Virus record (IMG/VR): IMGVR_UViG_3300030708_002923 | Coordinates: 1-64,000 of that record | Direction: 5' to 3' (one strand) | Source: a virus | Taxonomy: Duplodnaviria; Caudoviricetes | Length of the DNA: 64,000 nt | Part shown: positions 45,701 to 54,991 of the stretch, piece by piece | Layout: every line of letters begins with the position of its first letter | Numbering within the stretch: position 1 is the stretch's first letter | Translations under genes and position numbers: made by a program | The notes under the pieces: model-generated | Told to the model about the DNA's origin: nothing | The model's input: the letters and a program-made list of their open reading frames with translations, nothing else | Databases searched by the model: none

Positions 45701-47409
45701 AATGTACGGAACGGAATAGCATTCAAAAGACTTTGAATCTTATCGTCTTCAACGCCCTGGTGAACACTCTGAATCGCAGTGACCAATACAGGATCAATAT
45801 CCATCTGTAATATCGGATGATCCTGTGGTACTAAAATAGCAACTTGCTTGAATAGATTCAGATCAGGCTGCTCTTTCATCAGCGACGGGTGTAGGTCGTT
45901 GTATGAGAGTTGTAGAAAAGACTCTTGTATTCTTTCATCTTTTTCTTCGTCAGAAATACGACCATATTTGAACGCTTCGTATACAACCAACAAGCTATCG
46001 TCAGCAGGAGATGGTTTTAAGTTACGAGATTTTACGTCCAAGTCATACTTGGTTTGAACCATCATGTCTTGACGGACACGTGATCGAGCCTCTTGATATT
46101 CGGGGTCATTTAATACTTGTGCTCGAATGTCTTTTAAATCGAGCAGAAACTGATCCTGCATCGGAGATTTCTGAAACAAAGCATTCAATGTAGCAAAAGG
46201 ATGCTTTGGAACCATGCCAGGAATTTTTGGTAGTTCGAATGTTTCGGGCTTGAAATCAATGTCTTCACTCGACTGAGTTTTCAACATCTCTTCATGCGCT
46301 TCGAGAGATTCTTTTGTCTTTTGTTGTAAATCTTTAAAGTCTACGATGCCGTGTCTATCGAGAAGCTTTACCGCATCTTTAACGCCCAAAACATCGGCAG
46401 TTTCAACAATATTTGTCACCATTGCATCACGAGCCTGGTCGGACAAAATTGTGTAGAGGTCAGCAAAATCGTCGCCTAATCCAAAGTTAACCCAACCCCT
46501 TTTTGCGAGATCAAGCAAATGGTCTGTTTTGCTATATTCGCCGGGAACATCTGCAAGCCCACCAATACCGAGCGCTCCGATTCCGCCTACGCCCGTCATG
46601 CTGATTCCACCCAGTAGTGCGCCCGCAACACCACCGCCAAGGGCGATTACTGGTCCGGCTGCTGCGGTCGCAAGATAACCCTTGTAAAAACCATACCCAA
46701 CACCAGCGGCACCCGTAGCGATCGAAATACCTTTTAGACGGTCATTGGTGACCTTCACCCCAAACAATTCTTTATCTTGGGCTTCAGTGATGATTTCACC
46801 CTTTTCGTCGGTGATACCCATTGCTGCAGTGTCTTTGACTGGAATGTTCAACGACTGAGGTATAGGTTCAGCCAAAACACTATAGGCGCGGTTGTAAAGG
46901 CTTTTACCCTGACTTTTGCGGGCCTCTGCAGCGGCAGCTTGGTAGGTAGGTATTGTACCAAAACGTGGGTGAACACGAGAAAAAGCAGAGACATAGCTAC
47001 TGCCAATGTATTTTGAAAGCAATCCTTCATCCGGCAGATCACCAACTACAACACCTCTTTCACCAAGCGTGTCGTTTACTCTTTTTTCAAGCGCCTCTTT
47101 GTCTAAAGGGTTCGACTCAAACCACTCTTCAACCGCATCAGCACCCCTCATTTTTACCTCTACAGGTATGTTGAAGTCTTTATTGATGTAGTCGTTTCTG
47201 AGTTGTATTCTGTATTCATTAAATACAGCGTTCTTTTCGTCTAATAACTCAAGTGGCGGCTCTACTCGTTGTTGGAAACGCTCTACAGCCTCATCGTCTG
47301 CAATTTCACCTTCATCAATTGAATCCTCTTCATCAGAATCAGATTCTAAATTTTCTTCAAGGTTTTCAAGATCAACGTCTTCAAGGTCTTTTTCATCTTG
47401 AATTGCCAC
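39703..47409 (-). CDS. Giant internal virion/ejection-type protein with a zincin (HExxH) domain
   Basis: 2568 aa; DALWHENGHF..HEQFAEAW near 44170-44295; Gly-rich hydrophobic segments; position in the podovirus ejection-gene block. Confidence 0.65.
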   Translation of the reverse strand: MAIQDEKDLEDVDLENLEENLESDSDEEDSIDEGEIADDEAVERFQQRVEPPLELLDEKNAVFNEYRIQLRNDYINKDFNIPVEVKMRGADAVEEWFESNPLDKEALEKRVNDTLGERGVVVGDLPDEGLLSKYIGSSYVSAFSRVHPRFGTIPTYQAAAAEARKSQGKSLYNRAYSVLAEPIPQSLNIPVKDTAAMGITDEKGEIITEAQDKELFGVKVTNDRLKGISIATGAAGVGYGFYKGYLATAAAGPVIALGGGVAGALLGGISMTGVGGIGALGIGGLADVPGEYSKTDHLLDLAKRGWVNFGLGDDFADLYTILSDQARDAMVTNIVETADVLGVKDAVKLLDRHGIVDFKDLQQKTKESLEAHEEMLKTQSSEDIDFKPETFELPKIPGMVPKHPFATLNALFQKSPMQDQFLLDLKDIRAQVLNDPEYQEARSRVRQDMMVQTKYDLDVKSRNLKPSPADDSLLVVYEAFKYGRISDEEKDERIQESFLQLSYNDLHPSLMKEQPDLNLFKQVAILVPQDHPILQMDIDPVLVTAIQSVHQGVEDDKIQSLLNAIPFRTFATQYLFEEILEATIPSQKELDGWGLSLLKFQEEETGEIGARRTTRAAFDVMTDRVDDPKYGTFFKRSMIGEVLNWAGAVTTGAAEVEYSLTDNWITQLAGTDAILASLLKNLGLPNGIYAPTPAGLDKMLRLGIRDPDDDFITRFDARMMAALGGFQVGFAEVATALGYSPDDIEYNLLQNLGMFLDMFLNMEKRLFKAGGMGFRTAANTPGAVTQILKGQGSPSIRYQLAKQKLFDGVVETKSSDSLVRINSLIQAGLRQRKNKGKILTNDLTVAEREILKRVLLLADRDPDKYIAADVLSSGDIQSIRKLSKEVINDLGVSEVRVFRSSPEYRKIQRQVQGLVNDKLIDVGDAQRFMALIEFQAFKISDAVDTQFGSAVEVIRNLNVTRNRSAGPTARFMGDMPEGTTRTTDADGGRIVLTLEDTAADPDIRFARKKDIPLGYFEYDSNTRQSIINLFTAGDVDALWHENGHFMATLMGDNFNQKLFGLFDHTVNNQGKKRLTDVGHEQFAEAWRLYRRTKDAKNGFLRRMFDELYIGLHNFWSKLRNKPGLLPKSVRQYWDLEFGTLPSDRRNIDALTASVVRKRPYAIFVNADARRQVLDSKPARFAREESAKQPSMNPEVIHQYLGDKFITRVDADVDPTTGQTVRIPRRVYADTTDDAIDVLIKTIAYIKTDRFRSTLKRAKTTTVGTGRYIVPVSRAVQILENVKKRLIENLGDFPDTKAKFLAQRGQDGNVDRSNLSPLVRPDDLAAFDERQRINSPGPKVLVDQQIRETEFFTLSDRQIAGMRTIIQEISQQPASDILPKGLLDPEANLRIMSVAEYDLVHKVMQDIEAGPLNRIRRGDVHPGFVRKLGILFESTELTKELGSEIKKLVDKFSRKELRFNRENANPDLVEVIEKHIRMTGKVNEDLVNAIESAKRNGAEYFIDFYQDQISLLVPLVPLAKVDKLFQIVDVFTKLRTGMDADALTKQKAAQQKTGVPARIIPDVITSKSGVLDIDYILNNLNDIQDILDGYHGMTRLERESLIALRTLKQKGVKSAGITDQQKIIAADAIQVLHNGLLEKYSFVFETAMDHFKIAMGVEGQKVNWNFSNQDILKIYKSYYQGDLIQMYQVGATKSLVPLSPKAAKKLLGKTSKTDADTIALLTNVLVFGKISELRRGLAKELAEAGYNTNRRALFEQISKRADLGEVAGLDRQKYIERIAFYIDQELAFQDKVIIQRGTAGQKAGLLQAPAKAPEDLYGISEALPSQKNHPDSKVFGELEKAAKDEASRILDQMGIKRQLGTVSVLKLGDETFLLPESLIQGLEETMADIYKEPSFRLERNFGKNGTVEYALTGDQPEISVTIAKEMKDAARIYAQNFPALPKNFYKGLLIGSGGVPMVPYFMGVYLGTVSQVQLGQGLAAAGADLVRFPGVMTDAVGSYNNTKRINFVSGVLARTFGDGTHKPDTAPYVLPDGRVLTADGMANALIEEGVKGSFVSTLNNTNIHSRILNAFTQANPWVGGSAIGGTIGGMIGLLGGGPVGAVAGAAGGAGLSAVTLGMILRPDGFFARSNRFFGEVATAIDSYFRIRIMLREMENGADIKQAAKRTREIALDYSDLSDWEKNYISEVFAFYTYFKQATKLIAKSIVENPDRVLTQLKIARASQLKVTELEDPERVLSPWDRTRTFLPFKIGDHAMRIPYLSTSDVFALISDIIGAFSALPFTPNIVGEEQAQKSLFGLLSRANPYFLEFLYKPTTGLDPARGFALERATNQVPSFIVQLDHDLFGGVLHDKFGIVHLPESELKFVFDDKTGRKVNVRNIEMPGRGIYIATNPGVSNFVLEFMQTPFTGRMLDVIDAIDRSNIGLTEAMVRAADAYYQADKERPLLARVPGLVQLGVVKPTRKFTYDVSMKPGEPPRPVTMARPTDTFDATVAPGVKGYLDTATAHRAMREDFSYQGTDGTNYKLRYKDFYPLYLLKLIGLSPVHIDLENEANTSFKIKQHLRELKTSEN

Positions 47410-47428
47410 GATTAAACCACCTTATATT

Positions 47429-50400
47429 TTATTGAGCGCGTTTTACTGCTGGAACTTCCAATCCAAGGCGTTTAGCCAACTCAGGAATATTGTCGATTGT
47501 AATGCCTTCCTGACCTTTTAGGCTAAAGTTTTTGAATACATCTGGATATTCTGCAAAAGGATCAGACGGAAGATATTTACCATCTGTTCCAGGCACGGAC
47601 TTGCCTGACTCGTTTGCTACGTGTACCTCGAAGTGCAAGTGTGCCGCCTTTGAGCCGCCTGTATTACCGGCAGCGCCGATAACATCTCCTGCCTTCACTC
47701 GATCTCCCGGTGAAAGCTTGGCATCACTCAGATGCATAGACTTCGTTATGCGACCATCGTCGTGCAGAATGTAGACGTACTTACCGGGTCCAGTCCCGAT
47801 ATATTCTCCGTCTTCATTTTTTCTGTTTGCTGTATGGCGACCACCAAGAGTTTCATCGTTGTTTGAAGCAATCACGATGCCGTCAGCAATAGCGAATACG
47901 TCGTCACCTTCGAATGCTCTGAGATCAACACCCTCGTGGGCAATGCCTGATCTTTCTGTAGCGGCATCCGTTACCAATCCCCCATCGCGCGTAACGGGGG
48001 GTTTGTTTACTGCGACGGCTTTGACTGGTGTAGGAGCCGCTGGTTTTTCAAATCTCTTATTGATCTCGTCGTACAGCCTTCTATTGAAGCCTGGAGAAGC
48101 AAATCGGCCAAACTGTCTTGCAATCGTGTTAGCGCCGTCAATCGCATCATCGTATTGAATTGTTTTGTTTTCGACTTGAGTCAACAAATCTTGTGTAGCG
48201 CCAAGCATTGCCCTTCTTGATCTGGCTTGTACAGCAGGATCAGGTCCAGGGGGTACTGATATTCGTGGGACATTGCCAACAGGCAGGTCAGCTTGTACAT
48301 CTGCTAAAGTTTGCTCGGGGCTACGCAAATCACGGTCGTATTGGTCTGTGAGATAATCAGGGTCTCCCTCGAAAGCCCTTTGATCATTTTGAATCGAATC
48401 ACGTGATTCGGCCCTGCTAATAAGTTCATCATCAGAGGCGACTTGCTCTGGAGTTGGATCATAAGACTCAGGTGTCACCATATAATCAGGCGCATCAGCT
48501 TGAGCGATCATTCGAGTATCTGACTCCAGTTGATCCGGTGGCATTTCGCTTTCATCGACTGTTTCACCAATAGGAGCAATCGTTTCAACCGGCGTAACGG
48601 TTGATCCAGCAGACGCTGTAAAGGTTGTTCCCGTAGGAACGCCTTGTGGTGTAGGCGTTCTTCCTGAAGGAACGTTTGCCTCTACAATTGACTCTGCAGG
48701 TAGTGGTGGTGGAGTTGGTGGTGGAGTTGGATCACCCATAATGTTTGACCCTTCGAACCCCTCGGGCAAAGTGTCAATTTGGCCTTCCGTGTGTCTGGTT
48801 CTCGATCCTGCACTTGGGGACAATCCTGCCATTAATGTGTCGCGCTTTTCAGCTTCCGTCATTTGCTGACGACGATCCTCATTTCGAGCCAGTCGTGTAG
48901 CCTCTTCTGGCTCTCTAATAGAAGCAATTTGCTCAAGAACACGATCGTCTAAATCAGTAGTATCGTCTGGGAATCGTTCACCAAATTCGCCCGCAAACTT
49001 ACGAAGCCTTCCCGCAGCCAAGCGGTCATCTTGTTCACGTTTTCTTTCTTCAAACTGCCGATACTTACGACTACCAGGACGAAACGGGTTTCCAAACGGG
49101 TTTTCAACCAACAACCGAGGATCGTCTCGTGGTGGCTCATCTGCTTCAGGCGTCACTGGTGGTGTAGGTGGCGTCTCTTGTATTGGACGCTGTGGTGCAG
49201 GGCTTGCCCTACGCACCCTTCCCCCATAGTCATCATCCATAGCGGCCACAAATCGATCTATAGACTCGTATCGTCCGTATTTGTTGGTATCGAAAAAATC
49301 GGGGCGCTCTCGTTGAGACAAGGTCTTTGCTCTCTCGAAAACATCGATAAGGTCCGATCGACTTGCGTTTCCTTCGCTGATCATATCCATGGTGTTGTTA
49401 AAGTCTGTTGCAATCGATCCGACAGGAAATCTTTTACCTGTCACACTGAAACCTTCTCCAAGTGAATCAGGATGATCCAAAAAATCAACCATATCTGATG
49501 TCGATGCCAATGCTTCTCGGTTGGGATCTAATGATACGTCTGCAATGTACTCCCCGATTGTTTGAGTTGTGATTGCAGAGTCATCAAGGCTTGGTAGGGC
49601 GTTAACCATGATCTGTCGCCGGCCTTCTGGCGTATCTGTTTTGCCTTCTTGCGGCTGCGTGTACTCGTAAGCAGCCAAAACAAACGGCTGTGGAAAAAAG
49701 CTTTTGATGTCTTCCGGCAATCTAAAAAAGCCTTCTACAACATCTTCCAACTCAGCATCTGCAGCGAATTGATCTTCGTTTGTGGCCGAGTTTGCTCTGT
49801 TGATTGCGTTTGTCATCCTATTAATAACTGCCGGAATGATCGGAACGCCCGTAGAGGCAGTTTCCTCTTGCTCTGGAATGTCCTCAACGGGCTCTGGAGC
49901 AGCCTCGGGCTCTGGAGCAGCCTCGGGCTCTGGAGCAGCCTCGGGCTCTGGAGCAGCCTCGGGTGCCGCTACATCGTCAAACATACCCACAGCCTCTCTG
50001 AAGCCCGTTACACGCAAAATGGGGTGGTCCAGCAGCGCCAACTCTTGTCTATTCAGCCTACGACTCTTTGCGAAAGCATTGACCGCATCTTTCCGTCGCG
50101 TTTCCAATTGCTTCCGACGATTTTCCAGCCTCCTTTCAGCACGTGTTTCGCGGTCTGACTGGACCTCCGTACCGCGACCAAGATCAGCAAGAATTGAATA
50201 TGACTTAGACTCGCCTGGACCCAAGGCCATCTTTTTAGCAGCTTCGGCCTGCACATCTGGTGGGGCAGACTCATCCACTCTGATTTCATTGTTTTCATCA
50301 ATGATGTATCCGCCAGGGACCACCTGATTCAAAAATGCTTGCTTTTCCTCGATCGAATCGTTTTCTGCCGGAATGTCAATAGATGCACCGACACCCAAGT

Positions 50401-51226
50401 CTTCTTCAATACGATCAAAAATCGCATCTTCGAGCAATTTTATCTTCGCCTCTAATTCAGGATCGCTCTCAAATTTGTACGTTTTTCCAAGGTATTTTTG
50501 CTGGAGTTCAGGGCTATCGAAAACCTCATTCAAAAAATCTTCATCTAAATTTTGATTTTGATCGACTTTGATGATCGGGAATCTTTCTGCTAACCCTGAA
50601 GGGTCAACAGGTTGACCGACAGGCTCGCCATAAATTTGACTCAATGTATTAGCCGTTTCCGCCTTGATTCTCGTTTCGATTAAATTGTATAGTGGAAAAT
50701 CTTTCGTTTCTTGTAGCACTTTTTGAAAAATCAAAAACTTAGCGATATCTATAGATTTGTCATTTATACCATTCAAAGAGTTTATAAAGATATCTAACTC
50801 TTTGCCTACCTTAGCTTCTTCCTCAAAAGAAGACAGTAATTTTGTATTAGAAACTAGTTGATCGACATAACCATTAACTTCTGTACTTTGAGACAAAGCG
50901 TGTGCGGAATTGTTTTTATCGATCAAATCCTTTAAATCTTTTTCTATTTCACGTTTATCTTTTTCGATTAGCTTATCGTTTCTTGCTCGATCTTTTTTCA
51001 AGTTACTTAACAAAGACGGCAAACGATCAAATCCCACTCTTGACCTTGAACTGGATCGAGTCATTCCCTGACGAGCCAAGAGACGATCAATGTATTGAAT
51101 CTCTCTATCCAGCTTATCTACGGTGGTTTTTACCTGCTGAAAATCTTGCTCGTATGACTTCATCTGCGTCGATGCAGACGACCTAAATGATTCATTAAAT
51201 TTTTGTGTCCAACTCAAATCGGCCAT
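47429..51226 (-). CDS. Large virion protein with a C-terminal M23 (LytM) peptidase domain
   Basis: HEGVDL..AIADG.V..YV.ILH..MHL..VKAGDVIG..GNTG..HLHFEV. Confidence 0.8.
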   Translation of the reverse strand: MADLSWTQKFNESFRSSASTQMKSYEQDFQQVKTTVDKLDREIQYIDRLLARQGMTRSSSRSRVGFDRLPSLLSNLKKDRARNDKLIEKDKREIEKDLKDLIDKNNSAHALSQSTEVNGYVDQLVSNTKLLSSFEEEAKVGKELDIFINSLNGINDKSIDIAKFLIFQKVLQETKDFPLYNLIETRIKAETANTLSQIYGEPVGQPVDPSGLAERFPIIKVDQNQNLDEDFLNEVFDSPELQQKYLGKTYKFESDPELEAKIKLLEDAIFDRIEEDLGVGASIDIPAENDSIEEKQAFLNQVVPGGYIIDENNEIRVDESAPPDVQAEAAKKMALGPGESKSYSILADLGRGTEVQSDRETRAERRLENRRKQLETRRKDAVNAFAKSRRLNRQELALLDHPILRVTGFREAVGMFDDVAAPEAAPEPEAAPEPEAAPEPEAAPEPVEDIPEQEETASTGVPIIPAVINRMTNAINRANSATNEDQFAADAELEDVVEGFFRLPEDIKSFFPQPFVLAAYEYTQPQEGKTDTPEGRRQIMVNALPSLDDSAITTQTIGEYIADVSLDPNREALASTSDMVDFLDHPDSLGEGFSVTGKRFPVGSIATDFNNTMDMISEGNASRSDLIDVFERAKTLSQRERPDFFDTNKYGRYESIDRFVAAMDDDYGGRVRRASPAPQRPIQETPPTPPVTPEADEPPRDDPRLLVENPFGNPFRPGSRKYRQFEERKREQDDRLAAGRLRKFAGEFGERFPDDTTDLDDRVLEQIASIREPEEATRLARNEDRRQQMTEAEKRDTLMAGLSPSAGSRTRHTEGQIDTLPEGFEGSNIMGDPTPPPTPPPLPAESIVEANVPSGRTPTPQGVPTGTTFTASAGSTVTPVETIAPIGETVDESEMPPDQLESDTRMIAQADAPDYMVTPESYDPTPEQVASDDELISRAESRDSIQNDQRAFEGDPDYLTDQYDRDLRSPEQTLADVQADLPVGNVPRISVPPGPDPAVQARSRRAMLGATQDLLTQVENKTIQYDDAIDGANTIARQFGRFASPGFNRRLYDEINKRFEKPAAPTPVKAVAVNKPPVTRDGGLVTDAATERSGIAHEGVDLRAFEGDDVFAIADGIVIASNNDETLGGRHTANRKNEDGEYIGTGPGKYVYILHDDGRITKSMHLSDAKLSPGDRVKAGDVIGAAGNTGGSKAAHLHFEVHVANESGKSVPGTDGKYLPSDPFAEYPDVFKNFSLKGQEGITIDNIPELAKRLGLEVPAVKRAQ
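49888..49959. repeat. 18-bp tandem repeat x4 (encodes EAAPEP)
   Basis: CGGGCTCTGGAGCAGCCT x4. Confidence 0.9.
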
Positions 51227-51236
51227 GATTGTCTCG

Positions 51237-51788
51237 CTACTTGCTTAGGTAAAAAATCAACAGCTTGTCACCACTTGTTGCAGTACCACCTGTGTTGTCG
51301 ATTGTATCCGATGTCTTAATAGAAAACTCAGTACTTAGGTCTGTTAAAATACCAGAAGTGCCGTCTTGTTCAAACACTCCAATCAATTCATCTTGAATGG
51401 TAAGACCAGACACAGTGTGATTCCCTGCGGCACCGCCATTAATCAATGCAATCTTAATCGGATTTGTTATTTTGGCACCCGTGATCGCTCCATTCTCAAT
51501 CATTGATGAGTCGACAAAGCCGGACCCAAACAACCCTCGAAGACCACTCGCAGCGGTAAACGTTGACTTGCCGATCACTTGCAACAAAAACGATGCCGTG
51601 AACGAACTTGCAGCAAACGCACGTGAAACAAGCGTCGAGTCAAACAAGTTATCGTCGAAGTTTTCGGACCTTAAATTGGTAGTTCGAAACGCACCCCTCG
51701 CGATGTTTTGTATTTTTTTGGGGGTTACGGGCGGTTCGGTTGGAGACGTAGTTTCTCTTGGCACGTATCGGCCATTGCGCCAAGGCAT
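51237..51788 (-). CDS. Putative virion protein
   Basis: 183-aa ORF in the structural operon. Confidence 0.55.
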   Translation of the reverse strand: MPWRNGRYVPRETTSPTEPPVTPKKIQNIARGAFRTTNLRSENFDDNLFDSTLVSRAFAASSFTASFLLQVIGKSTFTAASGLRGLFGSGFVDSSMIENGAITGAKITNPIKIALINGGAAGNHTVSGLTIQDELIGVFEQDGTSGILTDLSTEFSIKTSDTIDNTGGTATSGDKLLIFYLSK

Positions 51789-51797
51789 CGTAGCCCC

Positions 51798-52685
51798 CTA
51801 TTGTGTGTATCTAGGCATATATCTAGGCATGTAAGGCAGCGGGTTCTGCAGAGCCATTTTTTCGCGCTGTTTTGCTGCTTCTGCTGCACGTAGATTCTGC
51901 AACTCTTGGGCAGTTTCACCAAATTTAGTTTTTACTTCTTGTTGCTTTTCACCAAGTTTTACCTCGCGTTTTAGTTGCCGACCAGCGCGATCGAATGTTG
52001 CGTCTGCTTGTGCGCCCTCTTGGGTGAGACCCTTAGCCATCAAGTCCTTAACATTCTCATCTTTTTTCTCGATTCGTTCACCAAGTTGAGTCGAGCGCTT
52101 GGCTTGACGCCTAGCCGTGTCCTCAAGCTTACGCTCATACGTTTTAGGTTTCAACGCAGCAGCGCCCTTGAACGCCGAACCAACGATATTTCCAGCAAGG
52201 TTAATTCTGGCAAGCTTTTGCCCAAGTTTCTTTTCGGCCCTTTCATCTTCGATGGCTGACATTTCAGCAGCACGCTGTTGTCGTTCTGCAGCCCTATCTT
52301 TCATAGCTTGGGTCTCTGCTCTCATTCTTGCGCCCTGAACCTGTTGTTCAGTTCCGGCGAGACCTTGAAGTAGTCCCGCAGCCTTTGTGGGGTCTACTCT
52401 TGACGGCAACTCTCGCACGATTTGTTGTTGACGGGCTGAAGCCTCTCCCGCAGCCGCTTCGACAAACGCCGCTCTACGCCGCTCTTCATCGGGATCGAGA
52501 CCAGCACGAAGATCGCGATACCGAGCCGCTTGACCGGGATCGGGTGCAAACCGTGCTCTATCGCCAAGATAGCCAAAAAGAGACTCAGCAACGTCACCAC
52601 CGAAACCCAATGCAATTCTTTTGCGATCGATTCCTTCAGTGTACAAAGACTGCTGCAATAGCGCTTCTCGTTCTTTTTCTGTCAT
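51798..52685 (-). CDS. Putative ejection/internal virion protein
   Basis: Helical, Ala/Gln/Arg-rich. Confidence 0.5.
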   Translation of the reverse strand: MTEKEREALLQQSLYTEGIDRKRIALGFGGDVAESLFGYLGDRARFAPDPGQAARYRDLRAGLDPDEERRRAAFVEAAAGEASARQQQIVRELPSRVDPTKAAGLLQGLAGTEQQVQGARMRAETQAMKDRAAERQQRAAEMSAIEDERAEKKLGQKLARINLAGNIVGSAFKGAAALKPKTYERKLEDTARRQAKRSTQLGERIEKKDENVKDLMAKGLTQEGAQADATFDRAGRQLKREVKLGEKQQEVKTKFGETAQELQNLRAAEAAKQREKMALQNPLPYMPRYMPRYTQ

Positions 52686-52694
52686 TGTCTTCTC

Positions 52695-53099
52695 CTACGC
52701 CGAAAATGGTCTACCGTATGTGCTGGCCATGTATTGATCATAAGGGGTTCCAGGCCCACCGCTCATCGACGATTGCAATAATTGATCTGCAGAAGCCATG
52801 CTTGGGCCTCTCGCCTCAGAACTCTCTTTGATGGCCCTGTTGCGCGCCTCTCTGGCTTGTGCGTCTTCTCTACGCTGCGCAACCTCTGCAGCAACCTGAG
52901 CCTTTCTTGCCCTTTCTCGCTGCTTTCTGGCTCTCTTTTTGGCCTCTTTTTCAGCGTCTTTTTGGACCTTGTTTTGCATCAGACCAAGAGTCAGTCCTAC
53001 AGCCGCTCCAACACCCGCACCAATGGGTCCAAGCGCTGCGCCAGCAGCAGCCATTGATGCTGTGCTTGCTCCAACTGTAAGGGCATCATCTACGGCCAT
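52695..53099 (-). CDS. Putative small ejection (pilot-like) protein
   Basis: N-terminal Gly/Ala hydrophobic segment AAAGAALGPIGAGVGAAVG then a charged helix. Confidence 0.55.
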   Translation of the reverse strand: MAVDDALTVGASTASMAAAGAALGPIGAGVGAAVGLTLGLMQNKVQKDAEKEAKKRARKQRERARKAQVAAEVAQRREDAQAREARNRAIKESSEARGPSMASADQLLQSSMSGGPGTPYDQYMASTYGRPFSA

Positions 53100-53119
53100 C
53101 GAATCTCCTTGCTTCTATA

Positions 53120-54001
53120 TTACTTGTATATCACGTCAACTACAAGATTGCGGGCATCAACATAAACGTGCCTGGTACCCCTAACTTCTGGTGCAGGAAG
53201 CCTATACAAACATCGAACCGAAATTTTGTTTTCACCTTCAGTAAGTTTAAAATCATAAGCACTCGGATCGCTGCCCGTCATTAAAGTTGCAATGATTGAA
53301 TGATTCATCCTCCTGCATCTGTATCGTCCACCCCCGGTGCCGAAAATCCTTCTCTCCGTGCCGTTTACATATCTTGGTCCATTACCATCCATCCGATCCA
53401 AAAAAAGAGCAAATATAGCGACATATGTACCAGCCTGAGTTGCTCTATCGAAACCCGAAAGCGATTCCATTTTATTGCCTTCGCCAGTGGCTCGACCTTC
53501 TCTTAAAATTTGGCTTCTTGGATCACCCACCTTTCCGCCCTTTTCGTGTGCATGAAAACTGGCGCATACAAAAGTTGTTCGGGGTATCTCTCCTGGTGGA
53601 ACGTAAACAGTTGTAGATAAACCCTCGATCGGTTGCCAAGCGTTTACATCGGCAAAAAGATCAATATCGTCGATAAATCTACCCTGAACGCTACCAATCC
53701 CCTCGTGTCGATAGTATCGATTAAGTTTATTGTTACTCCTTGACCTGTAATAAGTGTCAGACGACACACCTAAAACATGGGGGCTGGGTGATCCGTAAAA
53801 CTCGGGCTTAAAAATATGAGATGCTTGTATTACCGCCTTTTTATCCGATGCTCCGTCACCAGTTGCGCCAATCTTATTCTCAAAATCATTTCGTGAAAAT
53901 CCCCTGTTCAAATCGAAAGACGTTTGAGAATTTAAAAGTTCTAGTTCACTAGACAATAAAATATCGCCCGTGCTTTTAAACGGGAAAAATCTGAGTGGCA
54001 T
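53120..54001 (-). CDS. Tail-associated protein
   Basis: One of three similar-sized genes after the tail tube gene. Confidence 0.5.
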   Translation of the reverse strand: MPLRFFPFKSTGDILLSSELELLNSQTSFDLNRGFSRNDFENKIGATGDGASDKKAVIQASHIFKPEFYGSPSPHVLGVSSDTYYRSRSNNKLNRYYRHEGIGSVQGRFIDDIDLFADVNAWQPIEGLSTTVYVPPGEIPRTTFVCASFHAHEKGGKVGDPRSQILREGRATGEGNKMESLSGFDRATQAGTYVAIFALFLDRMDGNGPRYVNGTERRIFGTGGGRYRCRRMNHSIIATLMTGSDPSAYDFKLTEGENKISVRCLYRLPAPEVRGTRHVYVDARNLVVDVIYK

Positions 54002-54991
54002 TTATTTCCTCAAAGTAAGACTAGACATTTGAATATTTCTTATTCGAATAGGACGATAAATAACCCTACCACAACCTCTCGAATAATGTTCAAGGTCATA
54101 TCCAACGTCACCAGAATCGGATTCACCAGGGTATTCTGGACCCAAAAATGAAGGTATAAAATAGCCTCCGCCGATACAAAAATGTAAACTACCAAATTGT
54201 TTAACACCACCTACTGTTGTCTCTGTAAAAAGAGAACGATCAACTTCATCATAGTTCAAAACAAACGCTGCCGAATACGAATATCGTGAGGTGAAACGCA
54301 TGTGTTGATTTCCAATGACTTCGTAACTTTCCGAGCCCGTAGGCATTCCCAAGGCATCAGCCGGCTCCATGGTAAAAAGATCAGGTCGGTTATCCTTATT
54401 ACGATGACCCACCGGACCCGTGTATCCAAAATCAATCATTTTGGTGTTCATAAACAATCCGCCACCTGAATCGCTTGGAATTTTTGACGTAAAAGCCAAA
54501 GAAAAAAGACCTTTGGTTCCATTGCAATATTGCCAAGTACTTTTGGCACCCGGTGAATCATCAAATGTATAAAATAATCCTAATTTAGCAGTAGCTGGTT
54601 CACCTGGAAAAAATGTTCGTGCACCATAGTCCCACACTGTTATATCGCAAGATAATCTTGCAACAACTTTTGTTCCGTCATCTTTAAATATCGTATCGGC
54701 ATTTAAGAGCGATCCTGATACATAATGTTCTTCTGAAATAATAACTGGATCACGATTTATATCTGGCTGCGAAGAACTGGGTGCAGGAAAGTCTTGAGAC
54801 GAACTCTGCACTTTAAAACCTTTACTATCTGCAAAAATAGTGCTCGGTACTTTATTTCTATTTATACCTTCTTCAGCGATATTTTCTGAATCAATTTTGA
54901 ATTGTTTTATTTGATGATGAAAGTGTTCGTTCCAAACATTCGCATCTAATTGGTCACCAGAAACTATATTTGGTAATTTTAATTTACTCAT
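54002..54991 (-). CDS. Tail-associated protein
   Basis: N-terminal SGDQLDANVWN motif. Confidence 0.5.
   Translation of the reverse strand: MSKLKLPNIVSGDQLDANVWNEHFHHQIKQFKIDSENIAEEGINRNKVPSTIFADSKGFKVQSSSQDFPAPSSSQPDINRDPVIISEEHYVSGSLLNADTIFKDDGTKVVARLSCDITVWDYGARTFFPGEPATAKLGLFYTFDDSPGAKSTWQYCNGTKGLFSLAFTSKIPSDSGGGLFMNTKMIDFGYTGPVGHRNKDNRPDLFTMEPADALGMPTGSESYEVIGNQHMRFTSRYSYSAAFVLNYDEVDRSLFTETTVGGVKQFGSLHFCIGGGYFIPSFLGPEYPGESDSGDVGYDLEHYSRGCGRVIYRPIRIRNIQMSSLTLRK

Noticed and set aside
39868-51186. Plus-strand ORFs over the giant virion genes
   Set aside because: Antisense shadows with no RBS or motifs
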